Position numbers and translations under genes: made by a program
The notes under the pieces: generated by a model
The model's input: the letters and a program-made list of their open reading frames with translations, nothing else
What the model was told of the DNA's origin: nothing
Databases searched by the model: none
DNA from: an uncultured Pelagibacteraceae bacterium
GTDB taxonomy: Bacteria > Pseudomonadota > Alphaproteobacteria > Pelagibacterales > Pelagibacteraceae
NCBI GenBank assembly: GCA_902588585.1
Contig: CACIPQ010000002.1
Coordinates: forward strand, 28,911-92,910
Reading direction: 5' to 3'
DNA length: 64,000 bases
In this document: piece after piece, positions 24,839-35,513 of the stretch
How the letters are laid out: each line of letters opens with the position of its first letter
Position numbering within the stretch: the stretch's first letter is position 1

Positions 24839-25768
24839 TTAAGCGTTTACAGCAAGTCTCTTGTGAAGAGGAAGGATTTTTCTTACGTTTGTTAAAGAAG
24901 ATTCATTTTCAACAATATCATAGTTGTTTTTGTCCGAAAAAATCTTTCTCAAAAACTCATTTGTTAAAGCGTGTCCGCCATGAACACATTCTACCGATCC
25001 AATAACTCTTGCACCAGACAACATAAAGTCTCCGGCCAAATCAAGTATTTTGTGGTTAACAAATTCTTTTTTAGATCTAAGTCCTCCTTCATTAAGAACT
25101 TTGTCTCCTTGAATTACAACGGCATTATCTAACGAGCCTCCTTTTGCTAAACCGATAGATTTAATCTCTTCTATATCTTCGTATAAACAAAAAGTTCTTG
25201 CGACATAAATATCCTCTAAATTTTTCTCTTGAAAATTTACTCTATTTGTTTGCGTTTTAATTAAAGGACTTCTTTCATAATTCAATGTAAATTTAACTTC
25301 AAAGTAATTAGGTGCTGGGGTTATATTTATTAATTTATCCCCTTCTTTAAATTCTATTTTCTTTTTAACTTTAATAAATTGTCTTTTACCTTCTAGAGTT
25401 TTAAGTCCACAATTTTGTATAATCTGAACAAAGTCTTTTGCGGATCCATCCATTATTGGAACTTCTGGGCCATTTAAACATACAACTAGATTATCAACAC
25501 CACAGATATAAAATGCAGCCATCAAATGCTCTATGGTTGAAACACTTGTCCCAAAATCGTTTTCTATTTTTGTACATAGTTTTGCTGAAGAGACATTTTT
25601 AAAATTTGCCACAACCTCATTATTTTTTTCTAAATCAGTTCTTTTAAAGATTATTCCAGAGTTAGAATTAGCCGGTTTTAATATAACATCAACGTTTACA
25701 CCTGAATGAAGGCCTATTCCTGAGAAACTTGCCTCTTTTTTTAATGTTTTTTGATTTTTTTCCCACAT
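24839..25768 (-). CDS. lpxC: UDP-3-O-acyl-GlcNAc deacetylase
   Basis: KQKTLKKEASFSGIGLHSG aligns with the E. coli LpxC N-terminus (QRTLKRIVQATGVGLHTG). The start is trimmed to the ATG at 25768; the track ORF extends to 25822. Confidence 0.9.
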   Translation of the reverse strand: MWEKNQKTLKKEASFSGIGLHSGVNVDVILKPANSNSGIIFKRTDLEKNNEVVANFKNVSSAKLCTKIENDFGTSVSTIEHLMAAFYICGVDNLVVCLNGPEVPIMDGSAKDFVQIIQNCGLKTLEGKRQFIKVKKKIEFKEGDKLINITPAPNYFEVKFTLNYERSPLIKTQTNRVNFQEKNLEDIYVARTFCLYEDIEEIKSIGLAKGGSLDNAVVIQGDKVLNEGGLRSKKEFVNHKILDLAGDFMLSGARVIGSVECVHGGHALTNEFLRKIFSDKNNYDIVENESSLTNVRKILPLHKRLAVNA

Positions 25769-25842
25769 GAGAAATTTTATACAAAATATAGAAACTAGGT
25801 TGAAAACAACTAATATTACCAAAGACTACGGTATTTACTTTT

Positions 25843-27030
25843 TTAGAAGAAACGCTCAAAAAAACCCGAAATTATTGACTTTTTCTTGTTAGAGAAAGGT
25901 ATTGCCTCCTTATGCCATCCTTTAAAAATCAATTCTGCAGCTCCTAACAGAGAACCAAAGTCCTCTTTTTTTAATGATTCGACTAATATTGTTTCATTTT
26001 GAATATTTACAGATTTTTTAAATAAATTTTCCAAATTTTTAGACACAGTTTTGTTTTCAAAACACAAATAAATATTAGATATCTTTTTATCCAAATAATT
26101 TAAATTTTTATTTCTATTAAAAGTGTAGTCCATTATTTCTTTTATTCTGGCATCTATAATGTTTCGAATGTGCTCAATGCTTAACTTTTTAAAATCTGAT
26201 TCTGTAAAAAATTTTTTGTCTATATACTTGTCTTTATTTTTCTCTAGATTATCAAAATTTAAATCATTTACTATTAGTTCAATCTCATCTCTTTTTAAGG
26301 AACAAAGTTGTGAAAGATCTTTATAAATTGCATCTGTACCGAAAGGGAAAGTTTTAAAAAAAACTAATGAAGAGTCCTCATAAAGAGAAACGGTGCTTAA
26401 TTCATTGTCTATATTAATTATTATAAAATTTTTCAAATCTTTTTTTTTATTTAATAAATATATCCCGTCAACAAAAGGTTTGCTTATTATCCTGTCAACT
26501 TGCAAATCGTTTTGATTAAAAATCTCTTTTATATTTTTTAAATTATTATTTGGAATGGATATGAATGTCATATGCATACTCAAATGATCTCCAAATATAT
26601 TAAGAGGCATTTTTTTTTGCTTTGTTTTATCCAGGATAAAATTAGAATTTAGTATATGCAATATTGAATTATTTTCGTGACTCTTTTTTATTGAGCTCTT
26701 TGCTTCATTTAATATATAGTCCAAATCTCTTTTCTCTACTTTTGATCCGTTAAGATTTTTAAAACCGGTTAGATTAGTACAAAATATATCTTTCTGATTA
26801 AGAATTACTGATATATTTTTAAAAACTTTTTTAACTTCTTGTTCTATAGTCTGCAAATCTTCATTAATAATTTTGGATGCATAATTGAAGTCATAAATTT
26901 TTCCTTTTTTAACTCCTGCATTAAGGGAGGTTTTTTTATTTACAATCGTATAATCAAAATTTTCGTCTGCATTAAAAACTGCATATTTAATTTTATCATC
27001 GTCTATTTCGATAATTAATTTTTCTACCAT
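25843..27030 (-). CDS. ftsA: Cell-division protein FtsA homologue (divergent)
   Basis: It sits directly after ftsQ. It has an SHS2-like segment GVKKGKIYDFNYASKIINEDLQTIEQ and a C-terminal amphipathic tail IISGFFERFF. The nucleotide-binding motifs look degenerate (see finding). Confidence 0.7.
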   Translation of the reverse strand: MVEKLIIEIDDDKIKYAVFNADENFDYTIVNKKTSLNAGVKKGKIYDFNYASKIINEDLQTIEQEVKKVFKNISVILNQKDIFCTNLTGFKNLNGSKVEKRDLDYILNEAKSSIKKSHENNSILHILNSNFILDKTKQKKMPLNIFGDHLSMHMTFISIPNNNLKNIKEIFNQNDLQVDRIISKPFVDGIYLLNKKKDLKNFIIINIDNELSTVSLYEDSSLVFFKTFPFGTDAIYKDLSQLCSLKRDEIELIVNDLNFDNLEKNKDKYIDKKFFTESDFKKLSIEHIRNIIDARIKEIMDYTFNRNKNLNYLDKKISNIYLCFENKTVSKNLENLFKKSVNIQNETILVESLKKEDFGSLLGAAELIFKGWHKEAIPFSNKKKSIISGFFERFF

Positions 27031-27039
27031 AGTAAATTT

Positions 27040-27714
27040 CTACTTCATTATTATTTGATTCTTTACTCTAAAATCAAACACTTTGAACTTTTTAAAGTTC
27101 TTTTTTTTATAGATAGATAAAAACCTGTTTATAGACTCTTTGCTTTTATCATATTCTGAAGGTAATTTTATTAATTTTCCATCTTTTAAAAGTATATCCC
27201 ACCTATCAGCTTCAAAATATCTAAAATGATCAACTATATTAATTTCAAAATTAGTTTCTTGAAGAATTTTATAAAAGAATTTAAAATTTTTATTTGCATT
27301 CTTACCATGCACTAGTGGCAAAGTTTCAAATTTTTTATTATAATTTTTAGTTATTTTGCCACTTTCAAACAAAATAAATTTTTCTTCATTATGAATAAAG
27401 ACTCCCACAGGATTCTGTTCGTTAATTATTATTTTTAATTGATCTGGATATATTTTTTTTATTTTTATATCTCTTACAAAATCTATACCGGCAATAGCTT
27501 GGACTATTTTTTTTGAATCTAGTAAAACTATATTTTGTCCATTAAATATCTCTAAATTTTCTTGGATTCTATTTATGTCTGCATTTTCAATGCCGTTTAT
27601 TTCTATTTTTTTTATTTTAAAAAATGAGCTTATTGGATCTTCTTGTAAATCAAGATTATATGTGGTGAGAAAAATAAATAATAAAAACCATAAAAAAATA
27701 TTTTTTTTTTTCAT
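27040..27714 (-). CDS. ftsQ: Cell-division protein FtsQ (POTRA)
   Basis: 224 aa with an N-terminal TM helix followed by a POTRA-like IKKIEINGIEN segment. Located between ddl and ftsA. Confidence 0.75.
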   Translation of the reverse strand: MKKKNIFLWFLLFIFLTTYNLDLQEDPISSFFKIKKIEINGIENADINRIQENLEIFNGQNIVLLDSKKIVQAIAGIDFVRDIKIKKIYPDQLKIIINEQNPVGVFIHNEEKFILFESGKITKNYNKKFETLPLVHGKNANKNFKFFYKILQETNFEINIVDHFRYFEADRWDILLKDGKLIKLPSEYDKSKESINRFLSIYKKKNFKKFKVFDFRVKNQIIMK

Positions 27715-28640
27715 CTATTCAAGCTTGCGTCACTGACCATCCATTTAACCAGTTTGGTAAATGAAATTTTATAGTACTGTGCTATTTCTGGAACTAAAGA
27801 TAAGCTAGTCATCCCTGGTTGGGTATTTAGCTCTAAAAGATAAAATTTATTTTTATTAAATCTAAAATCACATCTTACCACCCCTCTACATTTTAAGGCT
27901 TTATTTGCTTTCTCTGCTATTTTTAAAACTTCATTGTATTTTTTCTTAGAAATTTCAGCTGGCATTACATGTAAAGTTTTTGAGGATTTTTTATACTTTG
28001 CAGCATAATCATAAAATTCTCTTCTTGGCCTAAGTTCTATTGCGCCTATTCCTTTCCCTCCAATTACAGCAACTTGAATTTCTTTTCCAGGTATAAAAGT
28101 TTCAAAAATTAAATTATCATATTTTTTCCTCAAAGTTTTAAAAGCAAGCATTAAAGAGGAGTATGTTTTGCAAATTTTTACACCGATGCTGGATCCTTCA
28201 TCATTAGGTTTAATTACTATTGGAAATTTCATTTTATTTTTTTTAATCTCTTGCTTTAAATTTAAAACAGAAAAATCACTTCTTTTTAAAAAGAAATAGT
28301 TTGGTGTTTTAATTTTATTTTTAATAAATACTTGTTTAGAAAAATATTTATTCATGGCAATCATGGAAGGTAAAACTCCTGAGTGAGTATAGGGAATTCC
28401 AATATATTCAAAAAAACTTTGTATTTTTCCATCCTCACCTTCTTTTCCGTGAAGTGCATTAAATATTACATCTGCATAATTTTTTTTAATTTCTGTAATG
28501 GAAGAAAATTTTGGATCAAATTTTAATATTTTATATCCTAATTTTTTTAAGGCTTTGATACAAGATTTTCCTGTATCCAGACTAACATCTCTCTCTTTGG
28601 AAGTTCCACCTAAAATAACAAGAATTTTTTTTTTATACAA
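27711..28640 (-). CDS. ddl: D-alanine--D-alanine ligase
   Basis: ATP-grasp fold with LELNTQPGMTSLSLVP near the C-terminus. Confidence 0.9.
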   Translation of the reverse strand: MYKKKILVILGGTSKERDVSLDTGKSCIKALKKLGYKILKFDPKFSSITEIKKNYADVIFNALHGKEGEDGKIQSFFEYIGIPYTHSGVLPSMIAMNKYFSKQVFIKNKIKTPNYFFLKRSDFSVLNLKQEIKKNKMKFPIVIKPNDEGSSIGVKICKTYSSLMLAFKTLRKKYDNLIFETFIPGKEIQVAVIGGKGIGAIELRPRREFYDYAAKYKKSSKTLHVMPAEISKKKYNEVLKIAEKANKALKCRGVVRCDFRFNKNKFYLLELNTQPGMTSLSLVPEIAQYYKISFTKLVKWMVSDASLNR

Positions 28641-28642
28641 TT

Positions 28643-29515
28643 TTATTTTTTCCCGATTATTTTTATTTCTAATTCTAATTTAACACCTGTCTTTAAAAAA
28701 ACTTTATTTTTTACTTCTTCAATAAGCATCTCAATATCTGAGGATTTTGCTTTTCCATTGTTTAAAAAAAAATTGGAATGTTGCTCTGATATTTGAGCTC
28801 CACCAATGTTTAGACCAGAACATCCTGACAGTTTAATCAGCTCCCATGCTTTTTTGTTATCAGGATTCTTGAATGTGCTTCCGCAGGTTTTTATTTTGCT
28901 GGGCTGACTTTTTCTTTTTTGATCTAAAAGCTTGACCTGTTTTTCTTTTATTTTTTCTTTTTTTTGTCGGTTTCCTTTTAATTTTACGCTTAATATAATC
29001 AGGTCTTCACCAAAATCACTTCCTCTATAAAAAAACTTAACTTTGTCAGAATTAAAAGATTTGAGTTCACCTTTAAAAGTTAATGCTTCAATAGATACAA
29101 CTGATTCAGATATATTGTGTCCATAACAACCACTGTTCATAGCAATTGCTCCACCAATAGTTCCTGGTATACACGACAAAAACTCTAATCCCTCTAAAGA
29201 GTTTTCCATCGCAAAATCTGCAACCTTTTTATCTAGTGTAGCCGCACCAACCTCTATATTGCCGTCATTGAGCATTTTAGTATAAGCAAATTCATTTCCT
29301 AATTTAATTATAATTCCTTCAAAACCATTATCTCTAAAAAGAGTATTGGAACCTGCGCCTAAAATATGAATTTTTTTATTCATATTGTTATCTTTTTCTA
29401 AAAATTTTTTAATATCAGAAATTGATTTAGGTTTAAAAAAAATTTTAGCTGGACCACCAAGACCAAACCAGTTGTATTTTGATAGTTTCTCGTTATTTAA
29501 GATTGTACCGCTCAT
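28643..29515 (-). CDS. murB: UDP-N-acetylenolpyruvoylglucosamine reductase
   Basis: FAD-binding N-terminus (WFGLGGPA, LGAGSN), 290 aa, in the expected dcw position. Confidence 0.9.
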   Translation of the reverse strand: MSGTILNNEKLSKYNWFGLGGPAKIFFKPKSISDIKKFLEKDNNMNKKIHILGAGSNTLFRDNGFEGIIIKLGNEFAYTKMLNDGNIEVGAATLDKKVADFAMENSLEGLEFLSCIPGTIGGAIAMNSGCYGHNISESVVSIEALTFKGELKSFNSDKVKFFYRGSDFGEDLIILSVKLKGNRQKKEKIKEKQVKLLDQKRKSQPSKIKTCGSTFKNPDNKKAWELIKLSGCSGLNIGGAQISEQHSNFFLNNGKAKSSDIEMLIEEVKNKVFLKTGVKLELEIKIIGKK

Positions 29516-29516
29516 T

Positions 29517-30908
29517 TTATAGATCCATCTCTCTTATCCATTTTGAAATAGATCCTGCACCCATGCATATAATTAATTCATTACTTATTAAATTTTTTAT
29601 AAAAAATTTCATCAGATTTTTTTCATTTTTTATTGTTATCACTTGAACCTTAGAGTTTTTCGCAATTAATTTTGCAAACTCAATTTCGTCATATCCTTTG
29701 TCAATTTTTTCTCCAGCTGAATAGACTGGGCATAGTATAACTAAATTAGAGTCTTTGAATGATGAAGAAAAATCTTTTTTTAAAAATTTTAATCTAGAAT
29801 ATCTATGGGGTTGGAATACAGAAATAATTTTTCTATTAGCATGTGTCATTCTTACACTCTGTAAAACTGATTTGATTTCAGTAGGATGATGTGCATAATC
29901 ATCAAAAAATTCTCTTTTGTTAATCTGAAAAACTTTTGTCAGCCTTCTCTCTATTCCTGTAAATTTCCTTAAAGAATTCTTTATAACATCCATTCTAATT
30001 CCAATATGCAGACATAGAGCAATAGCACTTACAGAATTCAAAACATTATGGGGACCAATTAAGTTTAACCTTACTTTTTTAATAATGGTATTTTTTAAAC
30101 CACTGATGGATATCTTTAAATCAAAAACTGAGTAATTATTTTTGTATTTTGCATTAAAAATTCGAAAATTAGCTTTTTTAGAAAAGCCATAAGTTAAAAA
30201 GTTTTTGTTTTTAATTCTTGGAATTATTTTTTTTATTTCTTTATCATCTATACATAAGAAAGCTTTACCTATCGTTGGTGTTTTGTTTAAAAATTTTAAA
30301 AAAGCATTCTTTAAATTATTAAAACTTTTATAAAAATCAATATGCTCTTTATCAATATTGGTAACCACCGAATAATTAACCGGGAAGTTTAAAAAACTTC
30401 CGTCAGATTCGTCGGCCTCTAACACTGCCCAATCTCCCTTTCCAAATCTAGCGTTGCTCTTAATAGAATTTATTACACCTCCATTTATAATCGTTGGGTC
30501 CAATTTAGCCTCATAAAGTATTTTTGAAATTAATGATGTGGTAGTAGTTTTTCCATGAGATCCAGTTATTACAATATTTTTTTTTAATGAAACAACATGG
30601 GCTAACATTTCAGCTCTTTTCAAAATAGTTATTTTTTTATTTTTTGCAGCTTTAATTTCTGGATTGTTATTTTTTATTGCTGAAGATCTTACGATAATTG
30701 TTGCATTTCTAATGTTTTTCTTTTTGTGTTTTGCAAAAACTCTAATACCAATTTTTTTACATCTTTCTACATTCTTGCTGTTAGTCAGATCGCTTCCCTG
30801 AACATTAAAACCCATATCTTTCATTACCTGAGCCAAACCACTCATGCCTATACCTCCTATGCCAACAAAATGAATTCTTTCTCTCGGTCCAATTTTAGAT
30901 TTATCCAT
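29517..30908 (-). CDS. murC: UDP-N-acetylmuramate--L-alanine ligase
   Basis: FVGIGGIGMSGLA and ITGSHGKTTT motifs. Confidence 0.9.
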   Translation of the reverse strand: MDKSKIGPRERIHFVGIGGIGMSGLAQVMKDMGFNVQGSDLTNSKNVERCKKIGIRVFAKHKKKNIRNATIIVRSSAIKNNNPEIKAAKNKKITILKRAEMLAHVVSLKKNIVITGSHGKTTTTSLISKILYEAKLDPTIINGGVINSIKSNARFGKGDWAVLEADESDGSFLNFPVNYSVVTNIDKEHIDFYKSFNNLKNAFLKFLNKTPTIGKAFLCIDDKEIKKIIPRIKNKNFLTYGFSKKANFRIFNAKYKNNYSVFDLKISISGLKNTIIKKVRLNLIGPHNVLNSVSAIALCLHIGIRMDVIKNSLRKFTGIERRLTKVFQINKREFFDDYAHHPTEIKSVLQSVRMTHANRKIISVFQPHRYSRLKFLKKDFSSSFKDSNLVILCPVYSAGEKIDKGYDEIEFAKLIAKNSKVQVITIKNEKNLMKFFIKNLISNELIICMGAGSISKWIREMDL

Positions 30909-31986
30909 TTAAAACCTTTTTAATTAATTCTTTTGTTTTAGAAAGAGATTTTCGATCCGAATGTTCTTTCATTTTTTGTTGCATTAAAACTAATTGATTC
31001 CTATCTTTGTTTAGATCTTTAAGCATTTCAAAAAGTTTTTCAAAGATATATTTTTGTTCTAACAAAAAACAATACCCCTTGCTTTTAAAATAGATTGCAT
31101 TCTTTAGTTGATGATTATCTGCTGAGGAAGGTAGAGGTATAGTGATAAATGGAATATTTAAATTCACCAACTCTGCCAGCGATGAAGCTCCTGATCTGGT
31201 AATTGCAAGATCTGCTTTTTCGTAATATTTCGTTAAATCCTCTGTAAATGTAAATAGTTCAAAATCTAAATTTAAACTCTTATAAATTTTATTAAGTTCC
31301 TCTGTCTGATAATCTAAGCACTGTTGATAAATTTTAAATCTAATATTGTTATTACAGCATTCTTTGATTACTTTAGGAAAATACTCTCCAAAAATTTTTG
31401 CTGACTGACTACCTCCTATAATTAAAATAGAAAGTTCTTTTTCTAATTTTAAATCCTGTCTCTTTGTCTCAAAAATTTCTTTTCTCAAGAAGTATCCAGA
31501 AAAAAATATCTTTTGGCTATATTTATTTTTTATACCTTCAATGCTTTCTGTTGAAATCAATATTTTTTTAGATAAAGGTAAAAGAAATCTATTTGTTCTA
31601 CCAATGACTAAGTTATTCTCATAAATTAATATTGGAATTTTTAATAAATAGGCTGATAAACAAACTGCAAAAGAGGAATATCCTCCCATCCCAACAACTA
31701 ACTTGGGTTTTAGTTTAATTAAAATTTTAAATGAGGAAATAATAGAAAAAAAAATTTTTATTAAACCTAAAATAATTTTAAATATATTTTTGCTAAAAAT
31801 TGTACCTGAATTAATTATGTTAATTCTTAAGTCTTTATTAGTTCTTAAATATTTAAGGCCTCTTTTATCTGTAATGAAATCTATTTCATATTCATTATTT
31901 AAAAAATTGGACAAACTTACTGATGGAAATATGTGACCTCCTGTACCACCTGTTGCTATAACAATATTTTTTTTTTCTATATCCAT
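30901..31986 (-). CDS. murG: Lipid II synthase (UDP-GlcNAc:undecaprenyl-PP-MurNAc-pentapeptide transferase)
   Basis: The G-loop ATGGTGGHIFP and a GT28 layout. Confidence 0.9.
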   Translation of the reverse strand: MDIEKKNIVIATGGTGGHIFPSVSLSNFLNNEYEIDFITDKRGLKYLRTNKDLRINIINSGTIFSKNIFKIILGLIKIFFSIISSFKILIKLKPKLVVGMGGYSSFAVCLSAYLLKIPILIYENNLVIGRTNRFLLPLSKKILISTESIEGIKNKYSQKIFFSGYFLRKEIFETKRQDLKLEKELSILIIGGSQSAKIFGEYFPKVIKECCNNNIRFKIYQQCLDYQTEELNKIYKSLNLDFELFTFTEDLTKYYEKADLAITRSGASSLAELVNLNIPFITIPLPSSADNHQLKNAIYFKSKGYCFLLEQKYIFEKLFEMLKDLNKDRNQLVLMQQKMKEHSDRKSLSKTKELIKKVLNG

Positions 31987-33126
31987 TTAGTTTTTAATCC
32001 CTAAAGATGTATAGTTTAAAACAATCCCTGCAATTATTCCGCTTGAAATCAAAGAAGAGCCTCCATAACTTAAAAAAGGAAGTGTCATGCCAGTTGTTGG
32101 CAATAAATTTGCATTAACACCAACATGAATAAAGGTCTGAAAAATTAACAAAGAAACAAGACCACAAAGAGATAGTTTGTAAAAATTATTTTTGGAATCA
32201 ATAATTATCTTGGTTATACGAAGAGCAATAAAAAGAAAAATTAATATGATAAGTATAGAAATTATTGATCCAAATTCTTCACTAATAACTGCGATGATAT
32301 AATCAGTATGAGCCTCTGGAACTGATTCTTTTAATATTCCTTCCCCCATTCCCTGTCCCTTGATACCTCCTTGCCTTATAGCTTCAATTGCTTTTTGTGA
32401 TTGAAAATTTTCTCCTTTAGATGGATCTAGGAAAGAAGAAATTCTATTTATAATATAGTTAAATTTTTCTGGTGCTAGGGCTACTAGACTGAAAAAAACA
32501 ATAATCACTGAAATTACAAGTGTAGTAATAAAATAAATATTCATCCCCGATATAAAGATTAATGAAAGCCAAGTACAAAATATTAATACGGATTGTCCCA
32601 GATCTGGCTGTTCGACAAGCAAAAGAATAATGGCTGATAACAATAAAAAAGATATAAAATGTGAAAAATTTAAATTTTTAATTCGACCTGAACTAATAAT
32701 CTGTGAAACAAAAAGAATAAAGAAAGGTTTTGTAAATTCAATTGGTTGAAAATTAAAAAAATAAAGGTTAAGCCACCTTTTTGCTCCTTTAACCTCAATC
32801 CCAATAAAAGGTACAAGCAATAAAGTTATAAAAAAAAGTAAAAAACAAGGAAATATTATTTTATTAATTAATTCATTACTCAGTGAGGAAATCAGAATCA
32901 TTAAACTAAAAGACGCAGCAGCATATAAAAGATGTTTTTGAAAAAAAGAATAATGTTCCCTATCTAATCTTTCATCTGCCAAAATCGAGGTAGAGGAAAA
33001 AGAAAAAAATATTCCAAGAATAAATAATAAAACAAATCCAGCAAGAATTTGCTTATCTATATTTCTCCAATATTTTTTAAAATTAAAATTTTTAGGAGAA
33101 AAGTTTTTAATAGTATTTTCCTGCAT
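31987..33126 (-). CDS. ftsW: SEDS-family peptidoglycan glycosyltransferase FtsW
   Basis: Polytopic membrane protein with PEAHTDYIIAVISEEFG, in the expected dcw position. Confidence 0.9.
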   Translation of the reverse strand: MQENTIKNFSPKNFNFKKYWRNIDKQILAGFVLLFILGIFFSFSSTSILADERLDREHYSFFQKHLLYAAASFSLMILISSLSNELINKIIFPCFLLFFITLLLVPFIGIEVKGAKRWLNLYFFNFQPIEFTKPFFILFVSQIISSGRIKNLNFSHFISFLLLSAIILLLVEQPDLGQSVLIFCTWLSLIFISGMNIYFITTLVISVIIVFFSLVALAPEKFNYIINRISSFLDPSKGENFQSQKAIEAIRQGGIKGQGMGEGILKESVPEAHTDYIIAVISEEFGSIISILIILIFLFIALRITKIIIDSKNNFYKLSLCGLVSLLIFQTFIHVGVNANLLPTTGMTLPFLSYGGSSLISSGIIAGIVLNYTSLGIKN

Positions 33127-34417
33127 AATTTTTAATCAATTTTTTAAATTTATTTCCTCTTTCTTCAAAATTTTTAAATTGGTCATAAGATGCGCTGGCT
33201 GGACTCAATAAAATGGTAATTTTTTTTTCTTTTATATCTCTAATGTCTTTAAATATTGAAATTACAGAACTATTTAAATTTTTACATAATTTAAAGTTAA
33301 CTTTGTTTTTTAAAAATTTTGTAAAATGTTTTACATGTTTTCCAATAATATATGCTTTTATAATATTTTTTTTTACTTTTTCTAGTTGAAATCTATCTCC
33401 TATTTTAGGAAGTCCACCTACAATCCAAAAAATATTTTTATTATTTTTTAAAGCAAATCTGCTAGCTTCAAAACTTGTTGCTTTGGAGTCATTAACAAAA
33501 GTTTTGTTATTTTTTTTATAAAAAATCTCATGTCTGTGTGCCAATCCTTTAAAAGATTTAAGTGATTTTATAAAAGATTTTTCCTTTATTTTTAAAACTT
33601 TTGAAAGTGCATAAACAAAACTCATATTTTCTTCATTTACCTCGGAATTTAAATAATTATTTTTAATCTTATTTTTAATTTTTTTATACTCTCGAGGTGT
33701 TATAAATTTTACCTTGCTCATATATTTATTTTTTCGAAATCTTTTTAATAAACCTTTATTGTTAACAAAGGCAAAATTATTTTTTGTTTGAAGTGAAAAA
33801 ATTTTTAATTTTGATTGAATATAATTACTCATTGATCCATGCCAATCTAAATGGTCTTTAGTTATATTTAAAATTAATGCATAATCAGGTTTGATAAATT
33901 TTGAATAAGCTAGCTGAAAAGATGAGGCTTCAATAACTATTAAAGGATTCTTTTTTAAATTAAGGTTTAAAACTGGACTTCCTATGTTCCCTCCTAAACT
34001 GACATTAAAATGATTTTTTTTTAGAGTGTGTTCAATAATTTTGCAGGTTGTTGATTTTCCATTTGTTCCAGTAACAACTATCGATTTTAAATCTGGATTT
34101 AATAAATAAAATAAGTCTAGGTCTGTAATGATTTTGTGTCTATTTTTTAACAAAATTTTTTTTAGTTTTGCTTTATTTATATCAATGCCGGGACTAATTA
34201 TAATGTAATCAACAAAATTGATTAATTTTAAAAAATCACCTCTCATTCTCTTGTATTTGGAGCCTAAAAATTTTTTAAATTTTTGGTTGTCATCATCCCA
34301 TCCAACAAAGTTTTTGAAATCATATTTATTAAAATAATCTATTACTGAACGACCAGTTACTCCAAGGCCATAAATTGCAAAATTTTTATGACGTAAATAA
34401 TTTAAAGATATGTTCAT
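33107..34417 (-). CDS. murD: UDP-N-acetylmuramoylalanine--D-glutamate ligase
   Basis: VTGTNGKSTT P-loop and Mur ligase layout. Confidence 0.9.
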   Translation of the reverse strand: MNISLNYLRHKNFAIYGLGVTGRSVIDYFNKYDFKNFVGWDDDNQKFKKFLGSKYKRMRGDFLKLINFVDYIIISPGIDINKAKLKKILLKNRHKIITDLDLFYLLNPDLKSIVVTGTNGKSTTCKIIEHTLKKNHFNVSLGGNIGSPVLNLNLKKNPLIVIEASSFQLAYSKFIKPDYALILNITKDHLDWHGSMSNYIQSKLKIFSLQTKNNFAFVNNKGLLKRFRKNKYMSKVKFITPREYKKIKNKIKNNYLNSEVNEENMSFVYALSKVLKIKEKSFIKSLKSFKGLAHRHEIFYKKNNKTFVNDSKATSFEASRFALKNNKNIFWIVGGLPKIGDRFQLEKVKKNIIKAYIIGKHVKHFTKFLKNKVNFKLCKNLNSSVISIFKDIRDIKEKKITILLSPASASYDQFKNFEERGNKFKKLIKNYAGKYY

Positions 34418-34426
34418 TAATTTTAA

Positions 34427-35512
34427 TTAACGTAATTTTAATGTAGCTAATCCTACCAAAGCCAAAATAATAGCGATTATCCAAAATCTAATTACTACTG
34501 TTGATTCTGCCCAACCTTTTTTTTCAAAATGGTGGTGAATGGGTGCCATCATGAATACTCTTTTGCCGGTCAATTTAAATGAAACTACTTGAATAATAAC
34601 CGAAACCGTTTCAAGAACAAATAAACCTCCTACAATTGCAAGAACAATTTCATGTTTTGCTATTATTGCAACTGAAGCTATAGAACCCCCTAAAGATAAA
34701 GAGCCTGTATCACCCATAAATATTTTTGCAGGTGGTGCATTGTACCAAAGAAAGCCCAAACATGATCCAACGATAGAACCACAAAAAATTGATAATTCTC
34801 CAACATTAGCGATGTATTGGATCTGTAAATAATTTGAAAAAATTGTATTTCCAACCACATAACAAATTAAAGAAAAAGATAATGCAACTAACATCACTGG
34901 TACTGTGGCCAAGCCATCTAGGCCATCTGTTAAATTTACTGCATTGGAAGAGCCGATAATTACAAAAATACCAAAAGGAATAAAAAACAATCCCATATTT
35001 AAAACTAAATTTTTAAAAAAAGGAAAGTATAAATTTGAAATAGTTTCATGATCTGTAAAATAAATTAAAGTTATAATTGCTGCTAAAGAAATTGAAAGCT
35101 GTCCTAAAAATTTTATTTTTGCATTAATTCCTATAGAATTTTTAAATTTGATTTTTAGATAATCATCTACAAAACCCAACAAGCCAAGGCTTGTACAAAC
35201 AAAGAGCACTATCCATATATAAACATTGGTTAGATCTGCCCACAGAAGAGTGCTTACAATAATTCCAATCAAAATCATAAGTCCCCCCATAGTAGGTGTT
35301 CCACTTTTTTTTATTATATGATCAATTGGTCCGTCTTGCCTGATTGGTCCAGTAATTTGTTTTTTTGAAAAATAATTTATTAGAGGATTTCCAATTAAAA
35401 AAATGATGATGAGGGATGTAACAACTGATAATCCAATCCTAAAAGTAATGTATTTAAATACATTAAGAAAAGAAAAAGTATCAACTAGTGAAGTTAAAAA
35501 ACTATAAAGCAT
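34427..35512 (-). CDS. mraY: Phospho-N-acetylmuramoyl-pentapeptide transferase
   Basis: NAVNLTDGLDGLA motif in a protein of about 10 TM helices. Confidence 0.95.
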   Translation of the reverse strand: MLYSFLTSLVDTFSFLNVFKYITFRIGLSVVTSLIIIFLIGNPLINYFSKKQITGPIRQDGPIDHIIKKSGTPTMGGLMILIGIIVSTLLWADLTNVYIWIVLFVCTSLGLLGFVDDYLKIKFKNSIGINAKIKFLGQLSISLAAIITLIYFTDHETISNLYFPFFKNLVLNMGLFFIPFGIFVIIGSSNAVNLTDGLDGLATVPVMLVALSFSLICYVVGNTIFSNYLQIQYIANVGELSIFCGSIVGSCLGFLWYNAPPAKIFMGDTGSLSLGGSIASVAIIAKHEIVLAIVGGLFVLETVSVIIQVVSFKLTGKRVFMMAPIHHHFEKKGWAESTVVIRFWIIAIILALVGLATLKLR

Positions 35513-35513
35513 T

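Noticed and set aside
25769-25822. N-terminal extension of lpxC (MVILVVFNLVSIFCIKFL)
   Set aside because: LpxC is cytoplasmic, and the homology to E. coli LpxC begins right after the internal Met at 25768.
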